DNA from: a virus
Length of the DNA stretch: 64,000 bases
Virus record (IMG/VR): IMGVR_UViG_3300021375_000017
Span: 1-64,000 of that record
Strand: one strand, 5' to 3'
The notes beneath the pieces are model-generated. The model was not told the DNA's origin, did not search any database, and saw nothing but the letters and a program-made list of their open reading frames with translations. This document shows positions 47,550 through 58,064 of the stretch, one piece after another; the stretch's first letter is position 1; every line of letters begins with the position of its first letter. The position numbers and the translations under genes were made by a program.

Positions 47550-49583
47550 ATGAAAGACGTATTTAAATTTCTAAAGGACTCTAGAAAACTCCTGGAGTCC
47601 ACAACCTCTGAGAGGGCGGCTGAACTTGGTTACGAATATCGTGCCCGTGGAGTTTGGGGTGACCCAAGAACCAATAAGAGATATAGGACTGATGGTAATC
47701 GTTTCGTAGAGATTGACGAACCTAAAAAACAAGAAAGAGATCCTAAGGAAAAGGAACCCAAAACACTTTCCCAATTCAAGAAAGATGTTCCTCAACAGAA
47801 ACAACCTGAAGAGGAAGTACCTTCTGTTGCAAATCAGATGGATAGAGTTGTTCCTGGTGGACCAACTGAAACTGCAATAAGTTCAGGTGACCAGAAGACT
47901 GTTGAAAAACAACTCTCTCGTGGTAGAGAGAATGTTCAAAGTCCTGAGAGAAAGAAGCAAGTTGCTCAACAAGCATCTGATATTATTGCACAGTTACAAG
48001 CAGAGAAAGAGGCCGAAGAGAAGGCTGAACTGGAGGCAGAAGCACAGGCTCAGGCAGAATTAGAAAATCAAGAACCAGTAGAACCAGAAAAAGGTCCAGA
48101 GGATTTTAGGACTATTGATGATGTAGTTGCAGAGAAAGAAGAAGAGATTGACTATAATGATGATGAAGAAGCCTTTGAACAAGAGTATGAAGCATATGAA
48201 AAAGAAGCAGCAGAGATGATGAAGTCTCTGACTGACCGTCAAAAAAAGATGATGGAGAAAAAGTTTGCTTCTTTCACAGAAAGTTTGAAGAAGATTCCTT
48301 CTGCAACAGATAAGAAATCATTCCTTCAGTCAATGGCTCATGCAAAGTCATTTGAAGGTCGTGTGAATGCTGGTGCTGGTAAGAATAACCTTGGTTATGC
48401 TGACATTCAGAACTTAATGGCCAATCGTGATCGTTTATTGGAAGGTTATGGTGATGGATCTCCAGAACAAATCAAAAAGTTTGTACAATCTGTAAGAGCT
48501 ATTAAGGTATCTGATGAATTTGTAGATGCTTCTTTTGAAGTTCTTCCTGATGCGTTCAAAAAATCACTAAGTGGTAAGGGTCAAGTAACAACTGACAAGT
48601 ATGTGTCTGACGATAAGGCACATAAAGATATGCATTATCTTGGTAGAAATGAAGATGGTACTGCCAGAAGAGGTCCTGCTAGTAATAAAGACAGAGCAAA
48701 GTTGATGTGGAGAATCTACCTAGAACAGGGTGGACGTGATGCATACACAGGTCTTCCTCTAGACCTCCAAGCCATGGACCTAGAACATGTTCGTGGGTTC
48801 AACAATAAAGATGGTGGAAAACCTGGTAAGGTAGAGTGGGAACAAAGAGAGAATGATGATAACATGACTCTTATTAATTCCAATGTCAACCAACAGAAGG
48901 TAGACCTTTCAATGGAGGAATTCTTTAAGAAGAAGGTTGACCCTAATAAGGACAAAGGAGAAGCTGACTTTGGTGGTATTGAAAAACTATTTGACAAACA
49001 AAACCAGATTGGTACTGTTGGAGATGAGTTAGCACAAACACTTCTTGGTGAAGGTGGTAAGGGATTGGCCGAGGGTGTATCAAGAGAAATTCTTGATGAA
49101 CACTTTGCATCTGATGACAATAGTTACAATAGTCTGAGAGAAGAGTTCCGTAAGGTAGCAACTACACCAAAAGATAAGGCAAAGGCTGCTGGTATGAAGT
49201 CTAAACTTGGTAAGACACTTCTTAAAGCAACTGGTCTTGCTCGTGGTATTACTGATAAGAGTGGTAGAAGAACTGTTGCACTACAAGAAAATGTATATCG
49301 TGGTTTCTTGAAGTCCATGGCAAATGCAAAACCTGCAGACCGTCAAAAATATATGGATGGTTGGGCAGAGGCTATCAAACAGGGTAATGAGGAGAGAGAA
49401 CCAAAGGCAGTTAACCGTAAGTTACTTGAACTTGGTTTGATTGATGAGGACATCCTGAATGATAAGAAATTAGGTAAAGTTTTTAAAGAAGAATACGATG
49501 AAACTAGGAGAACATCTAAAACATATGGTAGGATGTTTATATCCAAGTACCACAAGGATAATAAATACTTCTATGGAATCTGA
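47550..49583 (+). CDS. Large protein with a C-terminal HNH nuclease domain of Cas9-HNH-like pattern
   Basis: IYLEQGGRDAYTG..LD...DLEH...DNMTL.....N..K at about 48700-48900. Confidence 0.6.
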   Translation: MKDVFKFLKDSRKLLESTTSERAAELGYEYRARGVWGDPRTNKRYRTDGNRFVEIDEPKKQERDPKEKEPKTLSQFKKDVPQQKQPEEEVPSVANQMDRVVPGGPTETAISSGDQKTVEKQLSRGRENVQSPERKKQVAQQASDIIAQLQAEKEAEEKAELEAEAQAQAELENQEPVEPEKGPEDFRTIDDVVAEKEEEIDYNDDEEAFEQEYEAYEKEAAEMMKSLTDRQKKMMEKKFASFTESLKKIPSATDKKSFLQSMAHAKSFEGRVNAGAGKNNLGYADIQNLMANRDRLLEGYGDGSPEQIKKFVQSVRAIKVSDEFVDASFEVLPDAFKKSLSGKGQVTTDKYVSDDKAHKDMHYLGRNEDGTARRGPASNKDRAKLMWRIYLEQGGRDAYTGLPLDLQAMDLEHVRGFNNKDGGKPGKVEWEQRENDDNMTLINSNVNQQKVDLSMEEFFKKKVDPNKDKGEADFGGIEKLFDKQNQIGTVGDELAQTLLGEGGKGLAEGVSREILDEHFASDDNSYNSLREEFRKVATTPKDKAKAAGMKSKLGKTLLKATGLARGITDKSGRRTVALQENVYRGFLKSMANAKPADRQKYMDGWAEAIKQGNEEREPKAVNRKLLELGLIDEDILNDKKLGKVFKEEYDETRRTSKTYGRMFISKYHKDNKYFYGI

Positions 49584-49589
49584 TAAAAG

Positions 49590-50855
49590 ATGAAAAGTTT
49601 CTTTAGATTTATTACAGAAGCAAGAAGTACACCTGTATCTGAGAAGGCCAAGAAGCTTGGTTTAGTCAGTGATGGTAGTGGTGGATGGAAAGATAGAGCA
49701 GGTAAGACTGTTGCGAGAACAGTTGGTGGTGAACTTAAGTTTACTGATAGAGGAACATCATCAGTTCAGTCTGATGGTGGTCAACAACCCGTAGCACAAC
49801 AGAGACAAGAAGTTCCTCAACAAAAGAGAGCGTCAACTGAAGAACCTACTGAGAGAAGAAGTGGTGGTGATGATGAGGAAGAAGGTGGAGATGGTAAAAG
49901 GACTGGAGAAAATGCAACCCTAGTATTTGGTAGATTTAATCCCCCAACTGTAGGACATAAGAAACTTCTTGATGCAGCTCTTCAGATTTCAGGTGATGGT
50001 GACCTGAGAATTTATCCTTCCAGATCGGTTGATCCTAAGAAAAATCCTTTAGAGACTGGTCAGAAGACAGAACTCATGAAGAAGATGTTCCCCGATCATA
50101 GTGATAATATTATTAATGATGAGAGTATCAAAACTATATTTGATGCATTGAAGTTGGCAAGTAATGATGGATTCTCAAATGTAAAAATTGTTGTAGGTTC
50201 TGATCGTGTTGCTGAGTTTGACAATCTAGCTCAGAAATACAATGGTAAACTATATGACTTTGAAGAGATTGAAACTATCTCTGCTGGAGAAAGAGATGAA
50301 GATGCAGAAGGTGTTTCTGGAATGTCTGCCTCTAAGATGAGAAAGGCTGCAACAGAGAATGACTTTGAGACATTCAGAAAAGGTATTCCTGATACTTTGG
50401 ATGATACTGCAACAAAACAGATGATGAATACTGTTCGTAAAGCAATGCAGGTTCAGACAGAATCTTGGAGTCTATGGGAAATTGCTCCTAAGTTTGACTG
50501 GAAGAACTTGAGAGAGAACTATGTAACTGGTAAGATCTTTAAGATTAATCAGTTGGTAGAGAATTTGAATACAGGATTTGTAGGTAAGATTGTTCGTAGA
50601 GGAACTAACTATCTTATTTGTGTGACAGAAGATAATATTATGTTTAAGTCCTGGATCCGTGATCTCCGTGAATATGAAGAGAAGAAACCTGATACCCGTG
50701 TTGGAAGTCCTGGTTACTTTAAGTATGCTGCCAAGATGACACCTGGTTTTGATAAAGGAGATAAGACCAATCTTCAACCTGGCGGAAAACCTTACAAAGG
50801 CCCTAAGACAAATATCAAGGAATTCATAAATAGATACAAAAGTAGAAATCTCTGA
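49590..50855 (+). CDS. Cytidylyltransferase-like (HxGH-family) nucleotidyltransferase
   Basis: FGRFNPPTVGH, VVGSDR and MSASKMR. Confidence 0.8.
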   Translation: MKSFFRFITEARSTPVSEKAKKLGLVSDGSGGWKDRAGKTVARTVGGELKFTDRGTSSVQSDGGQQPVAQQRQEVPQQKRASTEEPTERRSGGDDEEEGGDGKRTGENATLVFGRFNPPTVGHKKLLDAALQISGDGDLRIYPSRSVDPKKNPLETGQKTELMKKMFPDHSDNIINDESIKTIFDALKLASNDGFSNVKIVVGSDRVAEFDNLAQKYNGKLYDFEEIETISAGERDEDAEGVSGMSASKMRKAATENDFETFRKGIPDTLDDTATKQMMNTVRKAMQVQTESWSLWEIAPKFDWKNLRENYVTGKIFKINQLVENLNTGFVGKIVRRGTNYLICVTEDNIMFKSWIRDLREYEEKKPDTRVGSPGYFKYAAKMTPGFDKGDKTNLQPGGKPYKGPKTNIKEFINRYKSRNL

Positions 50856-50860
50856 GATTC

Positions 50861-51403
50861 ATGAAAAGGAAAAATAAATTCTCGGATTGGAGAGAAGACC
50901 TGATTGAAGTTGCTGGTATTCCTGAACAGGAACCAAAGACTGATACTGATTCTGAGAAAGAGATTACTGAGAAGAAGATAAAGAATAAGATTGTAATTAA
51001 TCCCTCAATGAAGGAAGCCTTTGAAGAAATTGGTGGTACACTTCTTGAAGTTACAGAACTTGATGAGAAGATGGACATGAAGAAGGCTGATATGGGAGAT
51101 GTCATTGACGACTTCTATAAGTCTGATGCTCCTCAGTTCAAAGGTAAGTCAAAGAAAAAAAGACGTGAGATGGCCATTGCAGCCAAGTTGAATACTGAAG
51201 CCATGAGTGTAGTTGATCAGATGAAAGCATCTGCAGAGTATTGGAAAAAGAATCCTCGTAAGGATTACAAAGCTGGTGATGGTGTCAAGAGAAATGAACG
51301 TGACGCTAGAGTCAATGCAGCAAGAAAGCCTAAAGATACAAGAACTTCACAACAAAGGATGAATGATGCTGTTGGAAAATCACGTGTAGGAGAGAGTGAT
51401 TGA
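50861..51403 (+). CDS. Hypothetical late protein
   Basis: CATAAATA upstream; DFYKSDAPQFKGKSK module. Confidence 0.55.
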   Translation: MKRKNKFSDWREDLIEVAGIPEQEPKTDTDSEKEITEKKIKNKIVINPSMKEAFEEIGGTLLEVTELDEKMDMKKADMGDVIDDFYKSDAPQFKGKSKKKRREMAIAAKLNTEAMSVVDQMKASAEYWKKNPRKDYKAGDGVKRNERDARVNAARKPKDTRTSQQRMNDAVGKSRVGESD

Positions 51404-51424
51404 TATATAGAGTATAGATACCCA

Positions 51425-51637
51425 ATGAGGTTTATCATGCTCACATTCCTACTCCCACTTGCATCCAAAATTATTTCTGATGCTGTCAACAAAATTCCAG
51501 AAAATGAAGAACTGGGTGAGAAACTTGTTGAGATCTGTCTTGCTATTCTTTCTAAGGCAGTTAAGTTGACCAAGACTGATATGGATGACCAACTTCTTGA
51601 AGTTGTAACCAAGGCAATTAAGAACAGAGAAGAGTAA
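51425..51637 (+). CDS. Small hypothetical protein
   Basis: 70-aa amphipathic ORF with T.TDMDD motif. Confidence 0.55.
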   Translation: MRFIMLTFLLPLASKIISDAVNKIPENEELGEKLVEICLAILSKAVKLTKTDMDDQLLEVVTKAIKNREE

Positions 51638-51705
51638 AAACCTGAGATATAGTCTCTCTAGTTTTTATAAATATTTCTATCTAACAAAGTTTATTAGGAA
51701 AAGAC

Positions 51706-52464
51706 ATGGCACTTTGGGGAAATAATGACAATGTAGATAGCGTAGGTGCTGTCGTCCTAGATTATGATACTGGTGTTGTTACTGGAACCGGTACTTCTTT
51801 TGGCCAGACCGGATCTGCTCAAGAGGGTGATGTACTCCGTTTTGGCACTAAGGCAACTACTTACTTTGGTGATGCAGTAATCGTTTCGATTGCATCTACC
51901 GTCCAATGTACTATTGGTTCTACTGCAGGTCTTTCTGGTGCCGCTATTGCCGGTGTACAGTTCGGAGTATCACAACTTCCAAAATATACTATTCTTGACA
52001 ATACATACAGTGAAACAAGAGCAGAAAATACATCTTTACTTGCAATTGTAAATACTTCGACCAGTACTATAGCAGTTGGTGGAACCACATTGATTCCTGT
52101 AACTTCTGCTGAGGGAATCATTGTCGGAGATAGTCTTGAGGGTCCAACGTTCTCATCAACTTTAATTTCTGTTGTAGCTGATACACAACTGACTCTTGCA
52201 AGTGCTATTGGTGCAGGTGCTACCGTTAGTGCTGGTGCTGCACTCACAGTCAGTAGAGCACAAGGTGGGTATGATGCATTTGTTTACGGTACTAATGAAG
52301 TTTCGACTGAAGCTGAAACAGGTACTCAATATGAACTAACTCATGGTGGTTGGGTTGGTGTTACAACTTATACTGATAATGAAGGTAATTTGAGAGTTAA
52401 GAAAGAAACTCTGGTCGCAATGTCTGGTATTACCACAGGCGGAACAGACTACCACACTCCCTGA
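51706..52464 (+). CDS. Virion structural protein
   Basis: TATAAATA at 51666. MALWG start, H.GWVG...G.LRVK.ETLVAMS end, G/T/A-rich. Confidence 0.65.
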   Translation: MALWGNNDNVDSVGAVVLDYDTGVVTGTGTSFGQTGSAQEGDVLRFGTKATTYFGDAVIVSIASTVQCTIGSTAGLSGAAIAGVQFGVSQLPKYTILDNTYSETRAENTSLLAIVNTSTSTIAVGGTTLIPVTSAEGIIVGDSLEGPTFSSTLISVVADTQLTLASAIGAGATVSAGAALTVSRAQGGYDAFVYGTNEVSTEAETGTQYELTHGGWVGVTTYTDNEGNLRVKKETLVAMSGITTGGTDYHTP

Positions 52465-52470
52465 TAAGTA

Positions 52471-52863
52471 ATGATTTTCAATGAATTGAACGAAGGGAAT
52501 TTCCTTCTCTTTGCTATTAAATATTATGAAAATCCTCAGGCCTTAACAAAGGAGGATTTTAATAAAGACTTGAATCACTTCAAGTATATTAAGAGACTCC
52601 TGAAAAGATATAAGAATAGCGGTGAACTAAAGATACACTTACTGATAAATCACTTTATCATATTGTATAATATCTTTGGTGATGCCGCTACTCCTATGTT
52701 GTTTTATAAAATTGAAAAAGATCTGTGGACAACTGTAAAAACATTCATTGTTTTTATGGACAAACTACCTGAGTATCCTCATACTTATATTCATGATATT
52801 GAGATGGATCAAACATGCCTAGAAGAACTGGAGCGAGTTACCAATGGACAAGGACAAGATTGA
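52471..52863 (+). CDS. Conserved T4-like hypothetical protein
   Basis: FAIKYY.NP...FKYIKRLL...NHFIILYNIFG. Confidence 0.7.
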   Translation: MIFNELNEGNFLLFAIKYYENPQALTKEDFNKDLNHFKYIKRLLKRYKNSGELKIHLLINHFIILYNIFGDAATPMLFYKIEKDLWTTVKTFIVFMDKLPEYPHTYIHDIEMDQTCLEELERVTNGQGQD

Positions 52864-53167
52864 TAAGTTTGTAGATGCATTTCGTTCAGCAATGTATAAT
52901 GAGTTCAGTGTCAATGAGGAAGGCATGGTGGCAAATCCTCCTGGGGGATCTGGTGGATTTAGTGGTTCCTCCGCTGCTGCTGGTCCTACTGCTGGTTACG
53001 ACCCCGTTATGAAATTGGATGGTAGAAATAAGTATGTTAGAAAGGCTATCAAAGATTTGATGGATAGGAAACAGAAGAGAGTAGATAAGAAGGCTAAGAA
53101 AAAAGCATTAGAATTTAACCCATACTTCAAACCCTTCAATGGATCAGGTAAAGGTAGCTCTAATTGA
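52844..53167 (+). CDS. Hypothetical protein
   Basis: GGF.GS....GP.AGYDP motif. Confidence 0.55.
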   Translation: MDKDKIDKFVDAFRSAMYNEFSVNEEGMVANPPGGSGGFSGSSAAAGPTAGYDPVMKLDGRNKYVRKAIKDLMDRKQKRVDKKAKKKALEFNPYFKPFNGSGKGSSN

Positions 53168-53510
53168 GCAAAAATTAGATGATCTTAAACCTATCATCGT
53201 CAAATTGGACAAAGCAATTGAGAAATTATCTGAGGTAAATATATCAGTTAGCAGGATGCTTGCTGTCCATGAAGAGCGAATATCAAAACAAGAAGAGATT
53301 GACATTGTACTCTTTGCAAAAATTGACAAACTCCGTGATAAAATGGACGCAGATCATGACAGTGTGCTGCAAAGACTACGTGGACTAGAGAAACGTGTCT
53401 GGATGGCAGTTGGTGGATTGGCAGTACTGTCATTCATCGTATCACCAATGATGCAGAACATGTTGACACCACTACCCATACCCACTACAATGGTAAGAGG
53501 TTCTTCCTGA
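53139..53510 (+). CDS. Coiled-coil protein with a C-terminal transmembrane helix
   Basis: Heptad region, then WMAVGGLAVLSFIV. Confidence 0.55.
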   Translation: MDQVKVALIEQKLDDLKPIIVKLDKAIEKLSEVNISVSRMLAVHEERISKQEEIDIVLFAKIDKLRDKMDADHDSVLQRLRGLEKRVWMAVGGLAVLSFIVSPMMQNMLTPLPIPTTMVRGSS

Positions 53511-53516
53511 TGACTA

Positions 53517-54506
53517 ATGGATTTTATTGATGTCAAATATATTCAACTTATATCATCAAGACTCCAGAAGTTCAAGAAGATAAAACCAAACCTGTATAAC
53601 TGTCGTTGTCCTATCTGTGGGGACTCCCAGAAGGATAAGAAGAAGGCTAGAGGGTACTTCTACCGTATTAAGAATAATACCAACTACAAGTGTCATAACT
53701 GTGGGTTGAACATATCATTCAATAACTTCCTGAAACAGTTTGATGAACCTACTCATAAAGAATATATCTTTGAAAAGTTTAAAGGTAATCATACCGGGAA
53801 GAATTATCCAGTAGAACAACCAAAAGATATCTTTAAAAGGGTTGAGAGTTCTAAACCAACCTTTAAGAAAAAGGTAAAGATTGACTTACCTAATGCCTTT
53901 GATGTTAATGTGTCAAAAGAGTATCTCCATAACAGAGCCATCTTTGATGGAAATTTTTACTATGCAGAAAACTTTCAGGTGTTTGTAAATACTCTGAAAC
54001 CAGGGTCATTTACAAATACCAAATATGGTGAGAAAAGAATTGTGATTCCTCTTGTTAGGGATGACAAACTTATTGGTGTGCAGGGAAGAGCACTCTCCTC
54101 AAACCCTGTTAAATACTTAACCATTATGTTGGAAGAGGATGAACTCAAGGTGTATGGCCTTGATACAATTGACAAGGAGAATCCAATTTATGTCACAGAA
54201 GGACCATTTGACTCCACTTTCTTATCCAACGCTATTGCTATGTGTGGTAGTGATGTTGACCTCAGCACTATTGATTATCAATTCATATACGTCTATGACA
54301 ACGAACCAAGAAACAAACAAATCGTTGATCGAATCTCAAAACAAATTGATAGTGGGGAAAGGATAGTCATATGGCCATCTAACATTAAGGAGAAAGACAT
54401 TAATGATATGATCCTATGTGGTCATAATGTGAAAGAGGTGGTAGAGAAGAACATCTATCAAGGATTAGAAGCAAAACTTAAGTTTACAACCTGGAAGAGA
54501 GTATGA
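53517..54506 (+). CDS. gp61: DNA primase
   Basis: CPICGDS...CHNC zinc finger, TOPRIM EGPFDS, DNEPRN and KDINDM. Confidence 0.95.
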   Translation: MDFIDVKYIQLISSRLQKFKKIKPNLYNCRCPICGDSQKDKKKARGYFYRIKNNTNYKCHNCGLNISFNNFLKQFDEPTHKEYIFEKFKGNHTGKNYPVEQPKDIFKRVESSKPTFKKKVKIDLPNAFDVNVSKEYLHNRAIFDGNFYYAENFQVFVNTLKPGSFTNTKYGEKRIVIPLVRDDKLIGVQGRALSSNPVKYLTIMLEEDELKVYGLDTIDKENPIYVTEGPFDSTFLSNAIAMCGSDVDLSTIDYQFIYVYDNEPRNKQIVDRISKQIDSGERIVIWPSNIKEKDINDMILCGHNVKEVVEKNIYQGLEAKLKFTTWKRV

Positions 54507-56803
54507 GCAACGGTATCAAGGTACAAAAAAGAAATGGTGATGTAGAGAAACTAGACCTGGACAAAATGCATCTCATGGTTGATGAGGCATGTAAAGATCT
54601 TGCAGGAGTCTCAGCATCACAGGTAGAGATGACATCTGGTATTCAGTTCTACGATGGTATTACTACTGATGAGATTCAAGATATTCTTATCCGTAGTGCC
54701 AGTGACCTGATTGATTTGGAACATCCAAACTATCAGTTCGTTGCTGCACGTCTTCTTCTATTCACTCTTCGTAAGCAAGTCTTTCAGAATAAGAAAGGTG
54801 ATGCTCCTGGGTTGAGGGAACATATTGAGAAGTGTGCATATAATGATCATTACGATAAACAGATTTTTGAAAAGTATTCTCTTGAAGAGATTGATAAGGT
54901 AAATACTTTTATCTACCATGATCGTGACATGTTGTTTACCTATGCTGGTCTTCGCCAGGTAGTTGACAAGTATCTGGTTCAAGATCGTAGTACTGGGGAA
55001 GTGTTTGAGACCCCTCAGTTCATGTATATCATGATTGCCCTTACCATCTTTCAGGATTACCCAAAGGAGACCCGTCTTGACTACGTCAAAAGATACTACA
55101 ACGCAATCTCCAAACATCGACTCAACATCCCCACACCAATCATGGCGGGAGTTAGAACACCACTTAGACAATTTGCTTCTTGTGTTCTTGTTGATGTTGA
55201 TGACTCCCTCGATTCTATCTTTAGCTCTGATATGGCTATTGGCAGATACGTTGCACAAAGGGCGGGTATCGGTATCAACGCAGGTAGAATCCGTGGCATC
55301 AACGCTAAAATCAGAGGTGGAGAAGTGCAGCACACAGGTGTTGTTCCTTTCCTTAAAAAGTTTGAATCAACTGTACGATGCTGCACGCAAAATGGGATTC
55401 GTGGTGGATCAGCAACAGTCCACTTCCCCATCTGGCACCAAGAAATAGAAGATATTATTGTTCTCAAGAACAATAAGGGTACAGAAGACAACCGAGTGAG
55501 GAAACTTGACTACTCAATCCAAATTTCAAAGATTTTCTACGAACGTTTCATTGCGAATGGAGAGATTAGCTTATTCTCACCGCATGACGTACCGGGCTTG
55601 TATGATTCCTTTGGTACTGATAGGTTCGATGACCTATATGTTGGTTTTGAACGAGATGAGTCTATTCCAAGAAAGACTATCGGAGCACAAGAACTCTTTC
55701 TAGATCTTCTGAAAGAGAGAGCAGAGACTGGTCGTATCTACATTATGAATATCGACCACTGTAATAGTCACTCTTCCTTCAAGGACAAGGTGAACATGAG
55801 TAACCTGTGTCAAGAGATTACACTTCCGACAGACCCTATCAATCACATTGATGATGTTGTTGGTGAGATTGCTTTATGTATTCTGTCTGCAGTTAATGTG
55901 GGCAAGATTCGTTCTGATGAGGAACTTGAAGATTTGTGTGATCTTTCAGTCCGTGGTTTAGAAGAACTGATAGACTATCAGGAGTATCCTGTAAGGGCCG
56001 CAGAGATAGCTACAAAGGCCCGTAGATCCCTTGGTGTAGGTTTCATTGGTCTTGCACACTATCTGGCTAAACTGGGGCATAATTACGACAGTCAAGAGGC
56101 ATGGGATGCCGTTCATCAACTCTCAGAATCCTTCCAGTATTATCTTTTGAAGTCTTCAAATGAACTTGCTAAAGAAAAAGGACATTGTGAATATTTTGGT
56201 AGAACGAAGTATGCAGACGGGATCCTTCCTATTGACACATACAAGAAGGACGTGGACGAAGTTTCATCACAGGAGTTACAGCATGATTGGGAGAGTCTAC
56301 GATCATCTATATCCACCCACGGACTTAGACACTCAACACTGTCTGCTCAGATGCCATCAGAAAGCAGTTCCGTTGTGTCAAACGCAACAAATGGAATTGA
56401 GCCACCTAGAGACTATCTGTCCATTAAGAAAAGCAAAAAGGGTCCGCTTAAGCAGATTGTTCCACAGTATGGTTCTCTTAAAAACAACTATACTCTTCTT
56501 TGGGACATGGCTTCTAATCGTGGTTATATCAATGTTGTAGCAGTGATGCAGAAGTTCTTTGACCAAGCCATCAGTGGTAACTGGTCTTATAACCCTGAGA
56601 ACTACCCTGATAATGAGGTTCCAGTCTCTGTAATGGCACAAGACTTCTTGACAACATACAAGTTGGGATGGAAGACTAGTTATTATCAGAATACATATGA
56701 TATCAAGACTGATGAAGCACCAGAAGAAACTCCCGAACTTCAAAATCTCCTAAATGATATTATGGAGTCCGATGAGGACGATTGTGAAAGCTGTAAAATT
56801 TAG
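54503..56803 (+). CDS. nrdA: Class Ia ribonucleotide reductase alpha subunit
   Basis: ATP-cone, QFASCVL, SNLCQEI, MPSESSS and C-terminal CESC. Uninterrupted. Confidence 0.97.
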   Translation: MSNGIKVQKRNGDVEKLDLDKMHLMVDEACKDLAGVSASQVEMTSGIQFYDGITTDEIQDILIRSASDLIDLEHPNYQFVAARLLLFTLRKQVFQNKKGDAPGLREHIEKCAYNDHYDKQIFEKYSLEEIDKVNTFIYHDRDMLFTYAGLRQVVDKYLVQDRSTGEVFETPQFMYIMIALTIFQDYPKETRLDYVKRYYNAISKHRLNIPTPIMAGVRTPLRQFASCVLVDVDDSLDSIFSSDMAIGRYVAQRAGIGINAGRIRGINAKIRGGEVQHTGVVPFLKKFESTVRCCTQNGIRGGSATVHFPIWHQEIEDIIVLKNNKGTEDNRVRKLDYSIQISKIFYERFIANGEISLFSPHDVPGLYDSFGTDRFDDLYVGFERDESIPRKTIGAQELFLDLLKERAETGRIYIMNIDHCNSHSSFKDKVNMSNLCQEITLPTDPINHIDDVVGEIALCILSAVNVGKIRSDEELEDLCDLSVRGLEELIDYQEYPVRAAEIATKARRSLGVGFIGLAHYLAKLGHNYDSQEAWDAVHQLSESFQYYLLKSSNELAKEKGHCEYFGRTKYADGILPIDTYKKDVDEVSSQELQHDWESLRSSISTHGLRHSTLSAQMPSESSSVVSNATNGIEPPRDYLSIKKSKKGPLKQIVPQYGSLKNNYTLLWDMASNRGYINVVAVMQKFFDQAISGNWSYNPENYPDNEVPVSVMAQDFLTTYKLGWKTSYYQNTYDIKTDEAPEETPELQNLLNDIMESDEDDCESCKI

Positions 56804-56816
56804 ACTAGAGGCGTAA

Positions 56817-58007
56817 ATGCAGTACGATTTCGTAGCAAGTAAAGAGTATAATAATGATAATAAGACTATTCAGGGAATGACAGTCTTCAATACCGAACAG
56901 GTCAATACCAAGAAACAACCAATGTTTTTTGGTAAACCACTTGGTATTCAAAGATATGATTCGTACAAGTATCCAGTTTTTGAGAAACTAACAACTCAAC
57001 AACTGGGGTATTTCTGGAGACCAGAGGAAGTTTCTCTCCAGAAAGATAGAGCAGACTATCAATTACTTCGTCCAGAACAGAAACATATCTATACTTCTAA
57101 CCTGAAGTACCAGATTATGTTGGACTCTGTTCAGGGTCGTGGCCCTGGTATGGCATTCATTCCTTACTGTTCCTTACCTGAATTGGAAGCTTGTATGGAA
57201 GTCTGGGGATTTATGGAGATGATCCATAGCCGTTCCTACACATACATCATTAAGAATGTGTATCCTGATCCTAGTGATATCTTTGATCATATTATCAATG
57301 ACCCACGTATCCTTGAAAGGGCTTCAAGTGTTACTGAGTCCTATGATGACTTTATTAATAGTGCCCAACAATGGGGTAACGGTAATATGTGGAAAGAAGA
57401 TTTCCGTGACACATATGCATCCAAAGAAGATATCAAAAATGTCAAAAGAAAACTCTATAGAGCAGTTGCAAACGTAAATATTCTTGAGGGTATCAGGTTC
57501 TACGTTAGTTTTGCTTGTTCTTTCGCCTTTGGTGAACTTAAACTCATGGAAGGATCTTCCAAAATCATTTCACTAATTGCAAGAGATGAGAACCAACACC
57601 TAGCCATTACTCAGAATATCCTGAACAAGTGGAAAGATGGTGATGATCCTGAGATGAAACAGATTGCCAAGGAAGAAGAAGAGTGGGTCTACGCAATGTT
57701 TGACCGTGCAGTAAACGAAGAGAAGAAGTGGGCAGACTATCTGTTCCGTGATGGATCAATGATTGGTTTGAACGATGTTCTTCTTCAAAGATATGTTGAG
57801 TGGATTGCTAATCGCCGTATGAAGGCTATTGGTTTGAAACCTGTGTATGATGTTGCTGCTAAGAACAATCCTCTTCCCTGGACACAACATTGGATCTCTT
57901 CTAAGGGTCTTCAGGTTGCGCCCCAGCAAACTCAAGTGCAGTCGTATGTGGTTGGTGGAATTAAACAAGATGTCAGTAAAGATACATTTTCTGATTTTAA
58001 ACTTTAA
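56817..58007 (+). CDS. nrdB: Class Ia ribonucleotide reductase beta subunit
   Basis: FWRPEE, EMIHSRSY, LEGIRFYVSF and RDENQH. Confidence 0.97.
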   Translation: MQYDFVASKEYNNDNKTIQGMTVFNTEQVNTKKQPMFFGKPLGIQRYDSYKYPVFEKLTTQQLGYFWRPEEVSLQKDRADYQLLRPEQKHIYTSNLKYQIMLDSVQGRGPGMAFIPYCSLPELEACMEVWGFMEMIHSRSYTYIIKNVYPDPSDIFDHIINDPRILERASSVTESYDDFINSAQQWGNGNMWKEDFRDTYASKEDIKNVKRKLYRAVANVNILEGIRFYVSFACSFAFGELKLMEGSSKIISLIARDENQHLAITQNILNKWKDGDDPEMKQIAKEEEEWVYAMFDRAVNEEKKWADYLFRDGSMIGLNDVLLQRYVEWIANRRMKAIGLKPVYDVAAKNNPLPWTQHWISSKGLQVAPQQTQVQSYVVGGIKQDVSKDTFSDFKL

Positions 58008-58064
58008 TTGACTTTAAGACTGAAATGTAGTATTATATAAATATTATTAGAGTTCAGTCTTAAA

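Noticed and set aside
47550-49583. Possible Cas9/IscB effector or CRISPR system
   Set aside because: Only an HNH-like segment matches. I found no RuvC motifs, bridge helix or repeat-spacer array anywhere in the window.
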